DNA of 64,000 nt, taken from Candidatus Sulfotelmatobacter sp. Lineage in GTDB: Bacteria; Acidobacteriota; Terriglobia; Terriglobales; Acidobacteriaceae. Location of the stretch: contig JBEKUD010000006.1 in NCBI GenBank assembly GCA_049515395.1, forward strand, positions 11,708 through 75,707. Reading direction: 5' to 3'. Position 1 is the stretch's first letter. Each line of letters begins with the position of its first letter. The notes under the pieces were generated by a model that worked only from the letters and a program-made list of their open reading frames with translations, had not been told where the DNA came from and ran no database searches. Below are positions 20,647 through 32,267 of this stretch, piece by piece. The position numbers and the translations under genes were made by a program.

Positions 20647-21231
20647 ATGATTTTCGGCTTTAACACGGATGTTAAACACGGTGACACCGTCTATCACGTG
20701 CAAAGCGAGGCGCGCGAAAGCGAAAAGCTTCTTCAGACCCAGGTCTTCGTGCGTGGAAGGTGCGTGGGAAAAAAAGCAATTTCCTATGCAACCTCAGCTC
20801 CGGACGCCAATTTTGGAGATGCCCAAAAAGAGCAGCAGCTACGCGATCAGCATCGCCTGGTCCTCGAAGCCATCCGGGAAGGGAAGTTGGAAAGCGTACT
20901 CGACCGTGCAGAAAGTGAAGCCTTGGCCAGCGTCAAACAACTGGATGTGGAATGGATGAACGCCGTTTCGGTCCACGCCAATCGTAATTTAACCATGCAG
21001 TTGCGAGTCACCGAAGGCGGATCGGCCATCTCCAACGCTCGTCTAACGTTTCGCTTCGCCCGGCCGGACTCCGCGCCTTTTTACACGCAGGCCGTCACCG
21101 ATTCCGCGGGCAGCGCCGAAATCTCAGTCGAGGTCGACGAGTCCGCACTCCCCGATTCCTCCGTCATGGTCCAGGCCAACCACGAAGGCCGCACCGTAAC
21201 CCGCAAATTCGTCTTGCGCAAGAGCGAGTAG
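20647..21231 (+). CDS. Hypothetical protein (194 aa)
   Basis: Clean ORF with coding-like composition and no family recognised. The C-terminal half looks like a beta-sandwich (LTMQLRVTEGGSAISNARLTFRF...TDSAGSAEISV). Confidence 0.6.
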   Translation: MIFGFNTDVKHGDTVYHVQSEARESEKLLQTQVFVRGRCVGKKAISYATSAPDANFGDAQKEQQLRDQHRLVLEAIREGKLESVLDRAESEALASVKQLDVEWMNAVSVHANRNLTMQLRVTEGGSAISNARLTFRFARPDSAPFYTQAVTDSAGSAEISVEVDESALPDSSVMVQANHEGRTVTRKFVLRKSE

Positions 21232-21273
21232 AAAACCTTGGCGGGCCGTTCTCCGTGTGAGAAACTTTAAGCC

Positions 21274-21495
21274 ATGAAGCTGCAGATCAACGGAGAACAG
21301 CGCGCCTTCCCAGATCCAGTCCCGCTATCTCCATTCACACTCGCGACTCTAATCGACACCCTCAACATGACATCAGACCGCGTGGCTATCGAACTAAACC
21401 GGGAAATTGCACCGCGCGACCGCTGGCCCGAAATCCTACTCAACGATGGCGACCGCCTGGAGATAGTCCACTTCGTCGGCGGCGGCCAGCAATAA
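21274..21495 (+). CDS. thiS: ThiS/MoaD-family ubiquitin-like sulfur-carrier protein with a GG-QQ C-terminus
   Basis: 73 aa: MKLQINGEQ...LNDGDRLEIVHFVGGGQQ. ThiS length and beta-grasp pattern, but two residues follow the Gly-Gly. Confidence 0.7.
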   Translation: MKLQINGEQRAFPDPVPLSPFTLATLIDTLNMTSDRVAIELNREIAPRDRWPEILLNDGDRLEIVHFVGGGQQ

Positions 21496-21537
21496 CGCAG
21501 GCACTCTTCTAGTTACCCCCTAAGGCTCGATTCCTCG

Positions 21538-21576
21538 TTGACTCCCGCCAAGTCATGTCTAAACTGTTTGAAACAT
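21538..21576 (+). promoter_or_regulatory. Putative promoter (TTGACT-N16-TAAACT) plus TGTTT-g-AAACA inverted repeat upstream of the MerR-family gene
   Basis: -35 at 21538-21543, -10 at 21560-21565, palindrome at 21566-21576. A TGTTTCA half-site repeats about 20 nt downstream. Confidence 0.35.
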
Positions 21577-21610
21577 TTAGCGCGTAGATTGTTTCATATA
21601 TCGGGGACGA

Positions 21611-22084
21611 ATGCAGGATCGCTTTCCATCTCATGACGTGATTGCCCTGACCGGCATCACCGCGCGTCAGCTCCAGTATTGGGACGAGCGCGGCGTCGTC
21701 AAGCCCGAAAGAGAAGGCCATCGCCGCCTCTACTCCATGCAGAAGCTCACCGAAGTGGCAGTCATCTGCGAGCTCCGCCGCAAAGGCTTCTCATTGCAGG
21801 GGGTACGAAAGGTCATGCGCTTCCTGGACCGTGAGTTCGGCAAGCCTCTCGCTGAAACTGTCAGCCGCAACTCCGATCTCCACCTCCTCACCGATGGCAC
21901 CCATCTCTATCTCGAAACATCGGCGCGGCAGATCGTCGATATCCTCAAGAATTCCAGTCAACCGATTTTGGGAATCTGCCTCAGCGATGCGGTCCGCCAG
22001 GTGCGCGCCGAGGTCGTAGCCAGAAAAACGAATACTTCGGTAACTTCGCCGGTTGAACGCCGGCGTGCTAGAAAGGCTTCATAG
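21611..22084 (+). CDS. MerR-family transcriptional regulator
   Basis: N-terminal HTH: VIALTGITARQLQYWDERGVVKPEREGHRRLYSMQKLTEVAVICELRRKGFSLQGVRKVMRFL. Confidence 0.85.
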   Translation: MQDRFPSHDVIALTGITARQLQYWDERGVVKPEREGHRRLYSMQKLTEVAVICELRRKGFSLQGVRKVMRFLDREFGKPLAETVSRNSDLHLLTDGTHLYLETSARQIVDILKNSSQPILGICLSDAVRQVRAEVVARKTNTSVTSPVERRRARKAS

Positions 22085-22128
22085 GCAGGGCATTTGCTCC
22101 GCAAAGTTTCGGTTCACAAGGGGGAAAC

Positions 22129-22392
22129 ATGGTCGGCGAACTCGACATGATCAACGAATGGATCCCGGAGCAGATGCAGCCCGGAACCGTCTTTGTGCTG
22201 GAAAACGCCGGCGAAGTCGGCGAAAAAGAAGATCCCTACTGGGCCGTGCTGGCCTGCCCGTCCTGCGGGATGCTTGGATTGATCACGCGCCGCCAGATCA
22301 ACGGGCTCGTGCCTGTCATCTGCGGGTCCGAAAAGTGTTCCGCGCAGTTCTTTATTCGAGAGGCAGAAGTCGTCGTGCGCAAACCGTTCTAG
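22129..22392 (+). CDS. Small hypothetical protein with a 4-Cys zinc-ribbon-like motif (87 aa)
   Basis: CPSCG...(18 aa)...CGSEKC. Lies directly downstream of the MerR gene on the same strand. Confidence 0.55.
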   Translation: MVGELDMINEWIPEQMQPGTVFVLENAGEVGEKEDPYWAVLACPSCGMLGLITRRQINGLVPVICGSEKCSAQFFIREAEVVVRKPF

Positions 22393-22422
22393 AAATGGCC
22401 GGGGCCGCCACTCTCCTCCCGC

Positions 22423-23592
22423 CTAACTTTTCCTTGCCTGCACCCCGCTCAATTCCACTGGGACTTGATCCACAATCTCGATCCCAAATCCCTCGAGCGC
22501 CGCTACTTTCTTGGGCCGGTTCGTCAGCAGTCGGATCCGCCTCAAATGTAAATCCGAAAGAATCTGCGCCCCAATTCCAATCTCGCGTTGCGTCTGCCGC
22601 TCGTTGTCAAGCAACGCGGGTAACTTCCGTCCTCGATGAAAAGTCAGTGCCGTACGCTCTCCGACCTTTTCCGTAGAAAATCCCTGCGAAGTCTGATGCA
22701 GATAGATCAACGCTCCGCGTCCTTCCTGCGCGATACGCCGCAGCGCGCCCTCCAGCGTGGCATGGCACTCGCACCCGGTCGACCCAAACACGTCGCCCAT
22801 CAGGCAATGCGCGTGCATGCGCACCAGCACCGGCGCATCGCTATTCTCCACATCGCCGCGAATCAGCGCCACGTGCGACTCCCCTCCGTCCACCTCGCTC
22901 TCATAGGCAATCAACCGGAACTCGCCGAAACGCGTATCGACGAGCGCTTCTCCTACGCGATGCACATAGCGCTCGTGCGCCATGCGGTAGCGAATCAGTT
23001 CCGCCACGGTAAGCATCTTCAGTCCATGCTCATCGCAGAACTCGATCAAGTCCGGAACCCGCGCCATGGTTCCGTCATCCTTCATGATCTCGCAGATAAT
23101 TCCAGCGGGGACCATCCCTCCCAGCCGCGCCAGGTCGACGGAAGCCTCGGTCTGTCCCGCCCGCACCAGAACCCCACCCTTGCGTGCACGAAGAGGGAAC
23201 ACATGTCCCGGCCTCGCCAGATCGGAAGCCTGCGTGGCAGGATCAATCGCCACCTGAATCGTACGCGCACGATCGTAAGCAGAGATTCCTGTCGTCACCC
23301 CCACTCGTGCGTCGATTGCCTCACAGAAGGCCGTGCCATATTGGGATGTGTTCTCTGCAGTCATGGGCCCAAGTCGCAGGTGATCGAGCCTCTCCTCCGT
23401 CATCGCGAGACACACCAGCCCCCGCCCATACTTCGCCATGAAGTTGATGGCTTCCGGGGTAACCTTTTCGGCTGCGAGGGTGAGGTCACCCTCGTTCTCG
23501 CGATCCTCGTCATCCACCACCACGATCATGCGACCGGCGCGAATCTCGGCGATCGCAACCGGAACATCCACGAATGACGCTTGCACACTCAT
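22423..23592 (-). CDS. ribBA: Bifunctional 3,4-dihydroxy-2-butanone-4-phosphate synthase / GTP cyclohydrolase II
   Basis: DHBP synthase motifs: [26 protein letters not shown] motifs: [26 protein letters not shown]. Confidence 0.93.
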   Translation of the reverse strand: MSVQASFVDVPVAIAEIRAGRMIVVVDDEDRENEGDLTLAAEKVTPEAINFMAKYGRGLVCLAMTEERLDHLRLGPMTAENTSQYGTAFCEAIDARVGVTTGISAYDRARTIQVAIDPATQASDLARPGHVFPLRARKGGVLVRAGQTEASVDLARLGGMVPAGIICEIMKDDGTMARVPDLIEFCDEHGLKMLTVAELIRYRMAHERYVHRVGEALVDTRFGEFRLIAYESEVDGGESHVALIRGDVENSDAPVLVRMHAHCLMGDVFGSTGCECHATLEGALRRIAQEGRGALIYLHQTSQGFSTEKVGERTALTFHRGRKLPALLDNERQTQREIGIGAQILSDLHLRRIRLLTNRPKKVAALEGFGIEIVDQVPVELSGVQARKS

Positions 23593-23671
23593 GATGCAGA
23601 GATTGTAGCAAACCGGTTTATGAGTTGGTTAACCAAGCGGAGGCCAACCACCAGTTCTCGCGGCAGTATCT

Positions 23672-23706
23672 ACCAAAGAAACGCGGCCTGGAATTCGCCA
23701 GACCGC
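23672..23706 (-). terminator. Rho-independent terminator downstream of the radical-SAM gene
   Basis: Minus strand reads GCGGTCTGG-CGAATT-CCAGGCCGC (9 bp, one G.U), followed by GTTTCTTTGG. Confidence 0.6.
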
Positions 23707-23879
23707 CTCTGTTCACACAGCTTTAGTTAAAAGGTGATCTGCCCTTTGATCTGGAGGGCGCGTGGCAAAGCGTCGGCGCCCAGGAATGAACCGAAGACGC
23801 TGGTTAGCGTTACGACTGTGCGGACGATGCTTCCGAACTGAGAGTTCGATATATCGCCAACTGGCCCTGGAGGTTGCGA

Positions 23880-26084
<2,205 letters not shown>

Positions 26085-27428
26085 AATAGCTTCTCGCTCC
26101 TGGCTTCAAGGTCTCTCGGTGTTGGGCGTGCGATCTTAGGAAAACTCGGGCAGAACTTTGTCTTGGCTACACCTGAGGTCCTAGTCCCACAAACCCCGCA
26201 ACCTGGGGCTCTCCCCGGGAATTGAACCTGGTTGATACACTCTTCCCTGGGGCGTTGAGCTGAAGCCATCCTATTGGGAGGGAAGGGGATGGCGCATCTT
26301 TAAGACAACGAACGGGAGAAAAATGGGGTTTAGCGGTTGAATGGGGGATTGGGCGGGGGTAAGTCGTTGAAAGGAAAAGAGGCTCGCGTTTCGGCTTCGG
26401 GGGGATCAAAATCCCCGTCCTTTCGCGAAGATCGCGAGAGGATGGGCCAACCGTCCGTCCATCTTCCCACAATTGCTTATTGACTTCATGCGACCCTGCT
26501 TAACAAGTTTGATTCGCAGGGGCAATATCTTCGTGCTGAGCTCCTTAACCCACTCCTCGCCCCTCATTTGCCTGAGGAACGGCTGCGCTCGGGGTCACGG
26601 CGATTACATGGTAGCTGGCGAAGTCAAAAGCCGGTTCCTTACCGGGCTTTCAGCCCAGTTCGGGATGACTAGCGCTAATTCAGAGGAAGTGGGTTTACGC
26701 GGCCCGTTCGACTTCCCCCTCAGCGTTGCTCGTGGCTTCGGCAAAAGAGCGTTGGCTACTGAAGCGCCGCTCTTGCACCGTTGTGCCTGCGCCGGTGGGG
26801 GTGCCTCAATTCTAACGAAGGTCAACGGCAACGGACAGGTGTGTCTGTCCCTCATGAGCGTTTCGAGCTTCGCTCGAAAGGACTGCCGAAACCGCCTGTC
26901 CCCACACAGGCACTTCGGGGGCTGAAGGCCTCGTTCATCCTAAGTCTCCTTATCGCAGCGCGACTCCGAAGGCCGAGGTCGCTGTCAGTGGTGAAACCCA
27001 TGTGGGGCTGGTTGCGCTCAGCCGCGGCCGCGCCCTGTTCGACCGTTTTATCAACTATGACGGCATATAACGGAGAACGTGCAGGTGCTCTGGCGCGCAT
27101 TCCAGGCAAGCCCTAACACTTCGACGATGCAGAAGCGGGAACTTCTTCAGTACTCTCATGCGTACCCCCTGAAGCAAAAAGTATTCCAAAATCGGTAAGC
27201 CAAGTCTTGGGTCCGTCCCGATTATTGTACTTAAGGTGCCGCCAGCAATACAAAACGTTACAAACACACAGCCTTCTGACATTCTGTTTTGGAATGCGGG
27301 TTGCAGAGGTGTCAAGTTCGTGGCCGAGATTGCCTTTAGGCTGCGGCTTCAGAAGCGCTCAGAGAGCTCCAACGTTTGCTTCGTTGCTTGGAGCGCTCCC
27401 CGTTCGAATTCGGCGAAGGAGAACGATA
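26085..27428. other. 1.34-kb non-coding, hairpin-dense region between divergent genes (possible structured RNA(s) or REP-like hairpin array)
   Basis: No convincing ORF in six frames. There are at least 10 stable stem-loops, e.g. 26401-26416, 26419-26441, 26685-26716, 26745-26774, 26833-26850, 26861-26879, 26894-26911, 26960-26982. Several have CUUCGG-type loops. Confidence 0.4.
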
Positions 27429-30400
27429 ATGAAACAAAATGGTCGCAAGATTAGGAATTTAGCCTCTTTCTTCATCATGTTAGGTTTGTTGGCGTTCGGC
27501 CCGCGCGCGGGATGGGGGCAGTCCGAAGCGGGCTCCATCGTGGGCGCCGTCCATGATGCCACTGGTGCTTTAATTAGCGGCGCCACGGTGAAAGCTAAGA
27601 GTGTCACCACCGGAGCCGAGCGGGTTACCGTGACCGGGAGTGCCGGCCAGTACTCGATGCCTGGCCTAGCCCCAGAGAAGTACGAGGTGACGATCTCCAA
27701 CAAGGGTTTTCAGACTTTCAAGAGCGTCGTGGAAGTAACCGTCGGAGGGACCATCATGGTCGATGCGCAACTGACGATCGGCCAGAGTTCGACGGTGGTT
27801 GAGGTCACAGCTGAGAGTGCTGGGACCGAAGTAAACACGCAAACCCAGGAACTTTCGCAACTCATTAACACGCAGCAATTGGCGCAACTACCCAGCCTGA
27901 CCCGCAACCCTTATGACTTTGTTGCGATTTCCGGCAACGTCAGTAATGGCGATAACACTTCCAACGGCGGAGTTACGGCTGCTGGGGGAGGTGGCCAGGA
28001 ACTTACCAGCCGCGGCGTAGGCTACTCCATCAACGGACAGCGCCAATCGGGCACGGAGATTCTGCTCGATGGCGTGGAGAATGTTAGCATTTTCGGCGCT
28101 GTGGTAGGCGAGTACGTCCCAATCGATTCCGTCCAAGAATATAGTATTATCACCAACAATTTCTCGGCCGAGTACGGCCGTGCCGCAGGTGGTGTGGTCA
28201 ACGTGAGCACTAAATCCGGTACCAATGCTTTCCATGGTTCCGGGTGGGAATTCAATCGGCTTTCAGCGTACACCGCCAATACCTACAATAACGACGCCCT
28301 GAATAATGCTTTCCTTGCGGCCGGCAACACAGGGCCGCTGCCCGACCCTAAGGGTAGTTACACGCGCAACCAGTTCGGTTTCCAGGCGGGCGGTCCGATC
28401 ATCAAGAACAAGTTGTTCATTTCGGAGAGCACGGAGTGGACGCGCGTTCGGAGTTCCTCGAGGCAGACCGAAGAGGTATTCGACCCCGCATTTATAGCAG
28501 CGTTGCCGGCAAATGCCCAAGCCTACTTTGCCAGTTTCGCTACAGGTGCTGTACCTAGTTCCGGTGTGGCTGCTACCGTAGCCCAGATCAACGCGGCCAG
28601 CCCCGGCTTTATCGGTATGGTAAACGGGGTCACGACACTCCCCGGAACGCTCCCGGTCTTCGATACCGTAAACTTCAATGTGCCATTTAATGATGGAGGC
28701 GGACAACCTCAGAACACATACACCCTCGTAGGGCGCCTCGACTACAACTTGAGCGATAAGACCCAGATGTTTTTCCGAGCTGGCCGCGAGAACGACAACT
28801 TCTTCCCGGGCACAGCTTCATACTCCGCTTACCCGCAGTATGATGTGGGTTCCGTCAATGCGAACGAGAGCTATCTGCTCTCGGTAAACCACACCTTCAG
28901 CAGCTACGTGCTCAGCAACACGAAAGTTAGCTTTACACGTTTCAACAGCGCGAACTCCTTCAACAATGCCTTGGTCAATGTCCCCAATCTTATGTTTGTC
29001 GCCCCTACTGACCCGGCGACAAACGGCATCATTCAGATGCCCGGGTTATTCAACGCGTCGGAGCCGGGCTTGGGCGGCCTGCCATTCGGCGGACCACAGA
29101 ATACGGTGCAATTGGAACATGACCTGTCCTGGACCAAGGGGAAGCACAATATGCGCTTCGGAGGCCAGTTCACGTATATCCAGTTGAACGTGGCCTACGG
29201 CGCCTACGCGCAGGCAGTGGAACAGCTCGGCGGTACCTCGCAGGACAGCATGAACGACTTGGTGAATGTCGCGGGAAATCCTGGTGGCAGCCAACTTGCC
29301 GGCAGCTCTGGATTTACCGCCAGAGTCGACCCCAATGGCGCACTTCCTTGTCCGCTGAATATATGGGGCGAATTTATCGGAACCACCGCCTCGGGGGCCA
29401 ACGCATGTCCAGCAAGCAGTATCGTAACTCCGCCGCTGCACTCAGCCGTTTATGGACGTAGCTACCGCTATAAAGATTGGGCCCTCTATGCCCAGGATAG
29501 CTTCAGGATCACGCCCCGTCTGACGCTCAACTATGGCTTCCGCTATGAGCACTACGGGGTGCAACACAACAACGATCCGACTCTGGACTCGAACTTCTAT
29601 TTCGGTCCGGGCTCTACCCTCGAAGAGCAAACCGCCACCGGCGCAGTCCAGATTGCAAATAAGAGCTCGATTGGACAGTTCTGGGCTCCAAGCTGGGGCA
29701 CAGGCGCGCCGCGCGTAGGCTTCGCCTATGACGTTTTCGGCGATGGCAAGAGCAGTTTGCGCGGCGGTTTCGGCATCAGCTACGAACGCAACTTTGGCAA
29801 CGTAACCTACAATGCCAGCTTCAACCCTCCAGCCAGTGCCGTGTTAGAGCAGACTTGCGCCCCCAGTGATCCGACTTGCACGGTCTTAGTTACCAATAAC
29901 GACCTCGGGCCTCTCGGCTTGCCAGGCCCGTCAAGTCCCCTCGGCCCGGTTGAATTGCGCATGCCGAATCCTGACATCCACACGGCGCAGACCCAGTTCT
30001 GGAGCTTGGGGCTACAGCGCGAAGTAACTCGCAACACGGTTATGGAGCTGAGTTATAGCGGCGCTCACGGCGTTCATCTCTATGACATCAATAACATTAA
30101 CCAATTCGGCGCAGCTCAGGTATATCTCGGGGCTCCTCTAGTCACCACACCCGACCCGGCCACTGGCGCCGCTTGCCCCGGGGAAAATTTCATCACTGGC
30201 GGAGCTGAATGCCTCACGCGGCCAAACCAGCAATATGCCGCGATCAACATGCGGGGCAGTGGCGGAACGAGTCGCTACGATGCCTTGAACGCTAAACTCC
30301 AAACGCAGAACCTGCACAACACTGGTTTAAGTTTGGTTGCGAACTACACCTGGTCGCACACCCTTGATGACATCAGTTCGACTTTCTCCGACAGCTTGCA

Positions 30401-31103
30401 GGGCGGATCCGGGTACATCGGCAGTCTTGGCTATACCGATCTTGCCAACCCGAAGCTGGATTGGGGCAACGCGGATTATGATGTCCGGAATCGGTTCGTT
30501 GTTTCACCAATCTGGGAGACTCCGTGGTTCAAGAGCGGAAGGGGGAGTCAGGCACTCGGGGGCTGGTCAATCGTAGGTATCTTTACAGCGCGTACGGGGA
30601 TTCCGTTCAGTGCATACGACGCCAACAATATCGAAGTCGGGTACACTATTCCGCGGTTGACGCCAGCCACTCCCCCCGATTTCCATGTCACCTCGAATCC
30701 TGTGGCGTCCGGCCCGAACGCTTTCAACCTGTTAACGCTGCCCCTACCCGCTAGTTTTGCGCCTCTCAACACAACCCTAGGTATTTCGGACTTTGGACCA
30801 TTTCCAGCTAATATGACCGCCCGGAACGCCTTCCGTGGCCCCGGGGCATGGAACTTAGATACGGCGCTGAGCAAGAATTTCAAGCTGACCGAGCGCGTCG
30901 GACTGACGTTCCGAGCCGAGGGATTCAACATTTTCAATCACCATAACATGTATGTATTTACTCCGGCTCTCCAGTACGGTGGTGGCCCGACCACAACTCC
31001 CATCACAGTCACCGGGCTTAAGGGCGGTCTGAATACCTTCGCCAGCGGTGGCAACAACGACGAGCGTCGATTCGGTCAGTTCTCCTTGCGAGTCAGCTTC
31101 TAG
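27429..31103 (+). CDS. TonB-dependent outer-membrane receptor with N-terminal carboxypeptidase-regulatory-like domain
   Basis: Start at MKQNGRKIRNLASFFIMLGLLAF (AAGGAGA SD), with a signal peptide. CarboxypepD_reg-like segment: GSIVGAVHDATGALISGATVKAKS...YSMPGLAPEKYEVTIS. Long beta-barrel ending in a terminal Phe (FSLRVSF). The upstream 74 codons of the ORF track are probably untranslated. Confidence 0.85.
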   Translation: MKQNGRKIRNLASFFIMLGLLAFGPRAGWGQSEAGSIVGAVHDATGALISGATVKAKSVTTGAERVTVTGSAGQYSMPGLAPEKYEVTISNKGFQTFKSVVEVTVGGTIMVDAQLTIGQSSTVVEVTAESAGTEVNTQTQELSQLINTQQLAQLPSLTRNPYDFVAISGNVSNGDNTSNGGVTAAGGGGQELTSRGVGYSINGQRQSGTEILLDGVENVSIFGAVVGEYVPIDSVQEYSIITNNFSAEYGRAAGGVVNVSTKSGTNAFHGSGWEFNRLSAYTANTYNNDALNNAFLAAGNTGPLPDPKGSYTRNQFGFQAGGPIIKNKLFISESTEWTRVRSSSRQTEEVFDPAFIAALPANAQAYFASFATGAVPSSGVAATVAQINAASPGFIGMVNGVTTLPGTLPVFDTVNFNVPFNDGGGQPQNTYTLVGRLDYNLSDKTQMFFRAGRENDNFFPGTASYSAYPQYDVGSVNANESYLLSVNHTFSSYVLSNTKVSFTRFNSANSFNNALVNVPNLMFVAPTDPATNGIIQMPGLFNASEPGLGGLPFGGPQNTVQLEHDLSWTKGKHNMRFGGQFTYIQLNVAYGAYAQAVEQLGGTSQDSMNDLVNVAGNPGGSQLAGSSGFTARVDPNGALPCPLNIWGEFIGTTASGANACPASSIVTPPLHSAVYGRSYRYKDWALYAQDSFRITPRLTLNYGFRYEHYGVQHNNDPTLDSNFYFGPGSTLEEQTATGAVQIANKSSIGQFWAPSWGTGAPRVGFAYDVFGDGKSSLRGGFGISYERNFGNVTYNASFNPPASAVLEQTCAPSDPTCTVLVTNNDLGPLGLPGPSSPLGPVELRMPNPDIHTAQTQFWSLGLQREVTRNTVMELSYSGAHGVHLYDINNINQFGAAQVYLGAPLVTTPDPATGAACPGENFITGGAECLTRPNQQYAAINMRGSGGTSRYDALNAKLQTQNLHNTGLSLVANYTWSHTLDDISSTFSDSLQGGSGYIGSLGYTDLANPKLDWGNADYDVRNRFVVSPIWETPWFKSGRGSQALGGWSIVGIFTARTGIPFSAYDANNIEVGYTIPRLTPATPPDFHVTSNPVASGPNAFNLLTLPLPASFAPLNTTLGISDFGPFPANMTARNAFRGPGAWNLDTALSKNFKLTERVGLTFRAEGFNIFNHHNMYVFTPALQYGGGPTTTPITVTGLKGGLNTFASGGNNDERRFGQFSLRVSF

Positions 31104-31123
31104 GCTTGCAGCATATTACTGGC

Positions 31124-31153
31124 GGGGAGCCGAAAATGGCTCCCCGTTTTTTT
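31124..31153 (+). terminator. Rho-independent terminator of the TonB-dependent receptor gene
   Basis: GGGGAGCC-GAAAAT-GGCTCCCC, followed by GTTTTTTT. Confidence 0.85.
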
Positions 31154-31395
31154 CTGAACCTTAAGGTTTCACCGTCAGCTGCGTTATTAATCTAGCTCTG
31201 CCGTACATGCCTCCCAATCTTCGGATCTCGATTAACTCCTCGTGTTGCGGCCTATCCTCGCTGTAAACATCGCTGTGTCTTCCTTCGATGCTGCAGCAGC
31301 CGACGAAATCCATGGTGCAGGTTGTTCAAGAAGCTTAGGAGGAGGATTGTGGTTCTATCTCTTGTAAGGAAGGCGGAAGTTCCTGCGAAAGGTCG

Positions 31396-32157
31396 TTAGT
31401 TCGCCGCGAGGTGTTGGTCGGGATTTGATTTTGCTTGACCGTGGGCTGGGACTGGAGTGCTTGAGGTCCTTTTTTTCGCGGCGACAGACGAACTGGCCGA
31501 TTTGGCAGCGATTTTCTTTTTGTTGAAGTCGCGAACGATGCGGGCGACGTAAGCTTTGGTCTCGTAGTAAGGAGGGACACCGTTGTATTGCTCGACGCGC
31601 TCCGGCCCGGCGTTATAGGCGGCGAGTGCTTTGATGAGATCGAAGTTGTAGCGCTCGAGGAGTTCGCGGAGATACCGGGTGCCGGCTTCGACGTTGGCTT
31701 GCGGGTCGAAGGCATTGCGGACGCCGAGTTGCGAGGCGGTTTGGGGCATAAGCTGCATTAATCCCTGAGCGCCTTTGGGGGAGACGGCGTGAACATTGAA
31801 TCCGCTTTCCGCGCGGATCACGCTGGTGACCAGATCGGGGTCGAGTTGGTAGGTTCCGCTGACATCTCTTACAGCTTGGTTCAGGTCGAATGGATTCTGC
31901 GCGGCGGAAGCCAAGCGTGGAGATCGGGTGGGCGCGGGTGTGGGAGGATCGGGGAGGGATTCGAAGTGATCGATTTCAGCGGTGGGGATGTCGACGAAGC
32001 TGGATTGATCTCCATCGATGTAGAGGCGGGTGACGGAGCCGAGAACTTGGCGACGCTGGTGCCGGATGGAGAATCCGTTGCGGAGCACGGCGGAGTCGGC
32101 GGCGAAGCCAGGTAGGGCGAGCGCAATCAGGAGTGCGAGTTGGAACAGCTTGTTCAT
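31396..32157 (-). CDS. Lytic transglycosylase (SLT domain) with signal peptide
   Basis: ESGFNVHAVSPKGAQGLMQLMPQTA...AYNAGPERV. Start placed at MNKLFQLALLIALALPGFA (32157). Confidence 0.88.
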   Translation of the reverse strand: MNKLFQLALLIALALPGFAADSAVLRNGFSIRHQRRQVLGSVTRLYIDGDQSSFVDIPTAEIDHFESLPDPPTPAPTRSPRLASAAQNPFDLNQAVRDVSGTYQLDPDLVTSVIRAESGFNVHAVSPKGAQGLMQLMPQTASQLGVRNAFDPQANVEAGTRYLRELLERYNFDLIKALAAYNAGPERVEQYNGVPPYYETKAYVARIVRDFNKKKIAAKSASSSVAAKKRTSSTPVPAHGQAKSNPDQHLAAN

Positions 32158-32267
32158 TTCAAGTTGATGCGCGCGAAGTTGAGTTCCCATGGCTAAAGCC
32201 TCAAATTATTCTGATGCTTTACGCGGCGCTGAAGCTCCGCTCTACCACGGTATGTCATCTTCCATCT

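Noticed and set aside
22636-23577. Long antisense or alternative-frame ORFs inside well-supported genes. Examples: 22636-23577 (+) in ribBA, 37383-38282 (+) in tadC, 15409-16185 (+) in nuoG, 32133-32981 (+) in the HAD gene, 25515-26225 (+) in the radical-SAM gene, 57350-58072 (-) in the porin, 7051-7833 (+) in nuoN, 45617-46492 (+) in GT87-1, 5223-5711 (-) in aroF.
   Set aside because: They translate to Arg/Gly/Pro/His-rich junk typical of GC-rich antisense frames. Each overlaps a gene with clear family motifs on the other strand or frame.
23593-23760. Looked for an FMN (RFN) riboswitch in the leader of ribBA. The minus-strand segment GGUCUGGCGAAUUCCAGGCCGCG ... CCGCGAGA vaguely resembles the GGGUGAAAUUCCC / AGCCCGCGA boxes.
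   Set aside because: The conserved 3' half (GCCGACGGU.AAAGUCCGGAUG.GAGA) is absent. The hairpin followed by a U-tract is better explained as the terminator of the upstream radical-SAM gene. A cmsearch with RF00050 would settle it.
26398-26445. tRNA/tmRNA-like T-arm impression (GGGGAU-CAAA-AUCCCC and, on the other strand, GGACGGGGAUUUUGAUCCCC).
   Set aside because: The loop is not the canonical 7-nt UUCRAAU. No acceptor stem, CCA context or anticodon arm could be built around it.
27300-27428. Possible cobalamin or other riboswitch in front of the TonB-dependent receptor gene (hairpin CTCCAACG-TTTGCTT-CGTTGCTTGGAG region).
   Set aside because: I found no B12 box (consensus rAGYCMGgAgaCCkGCc) or other recognisable riboswitch core. 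Only a generic hairpin is present.
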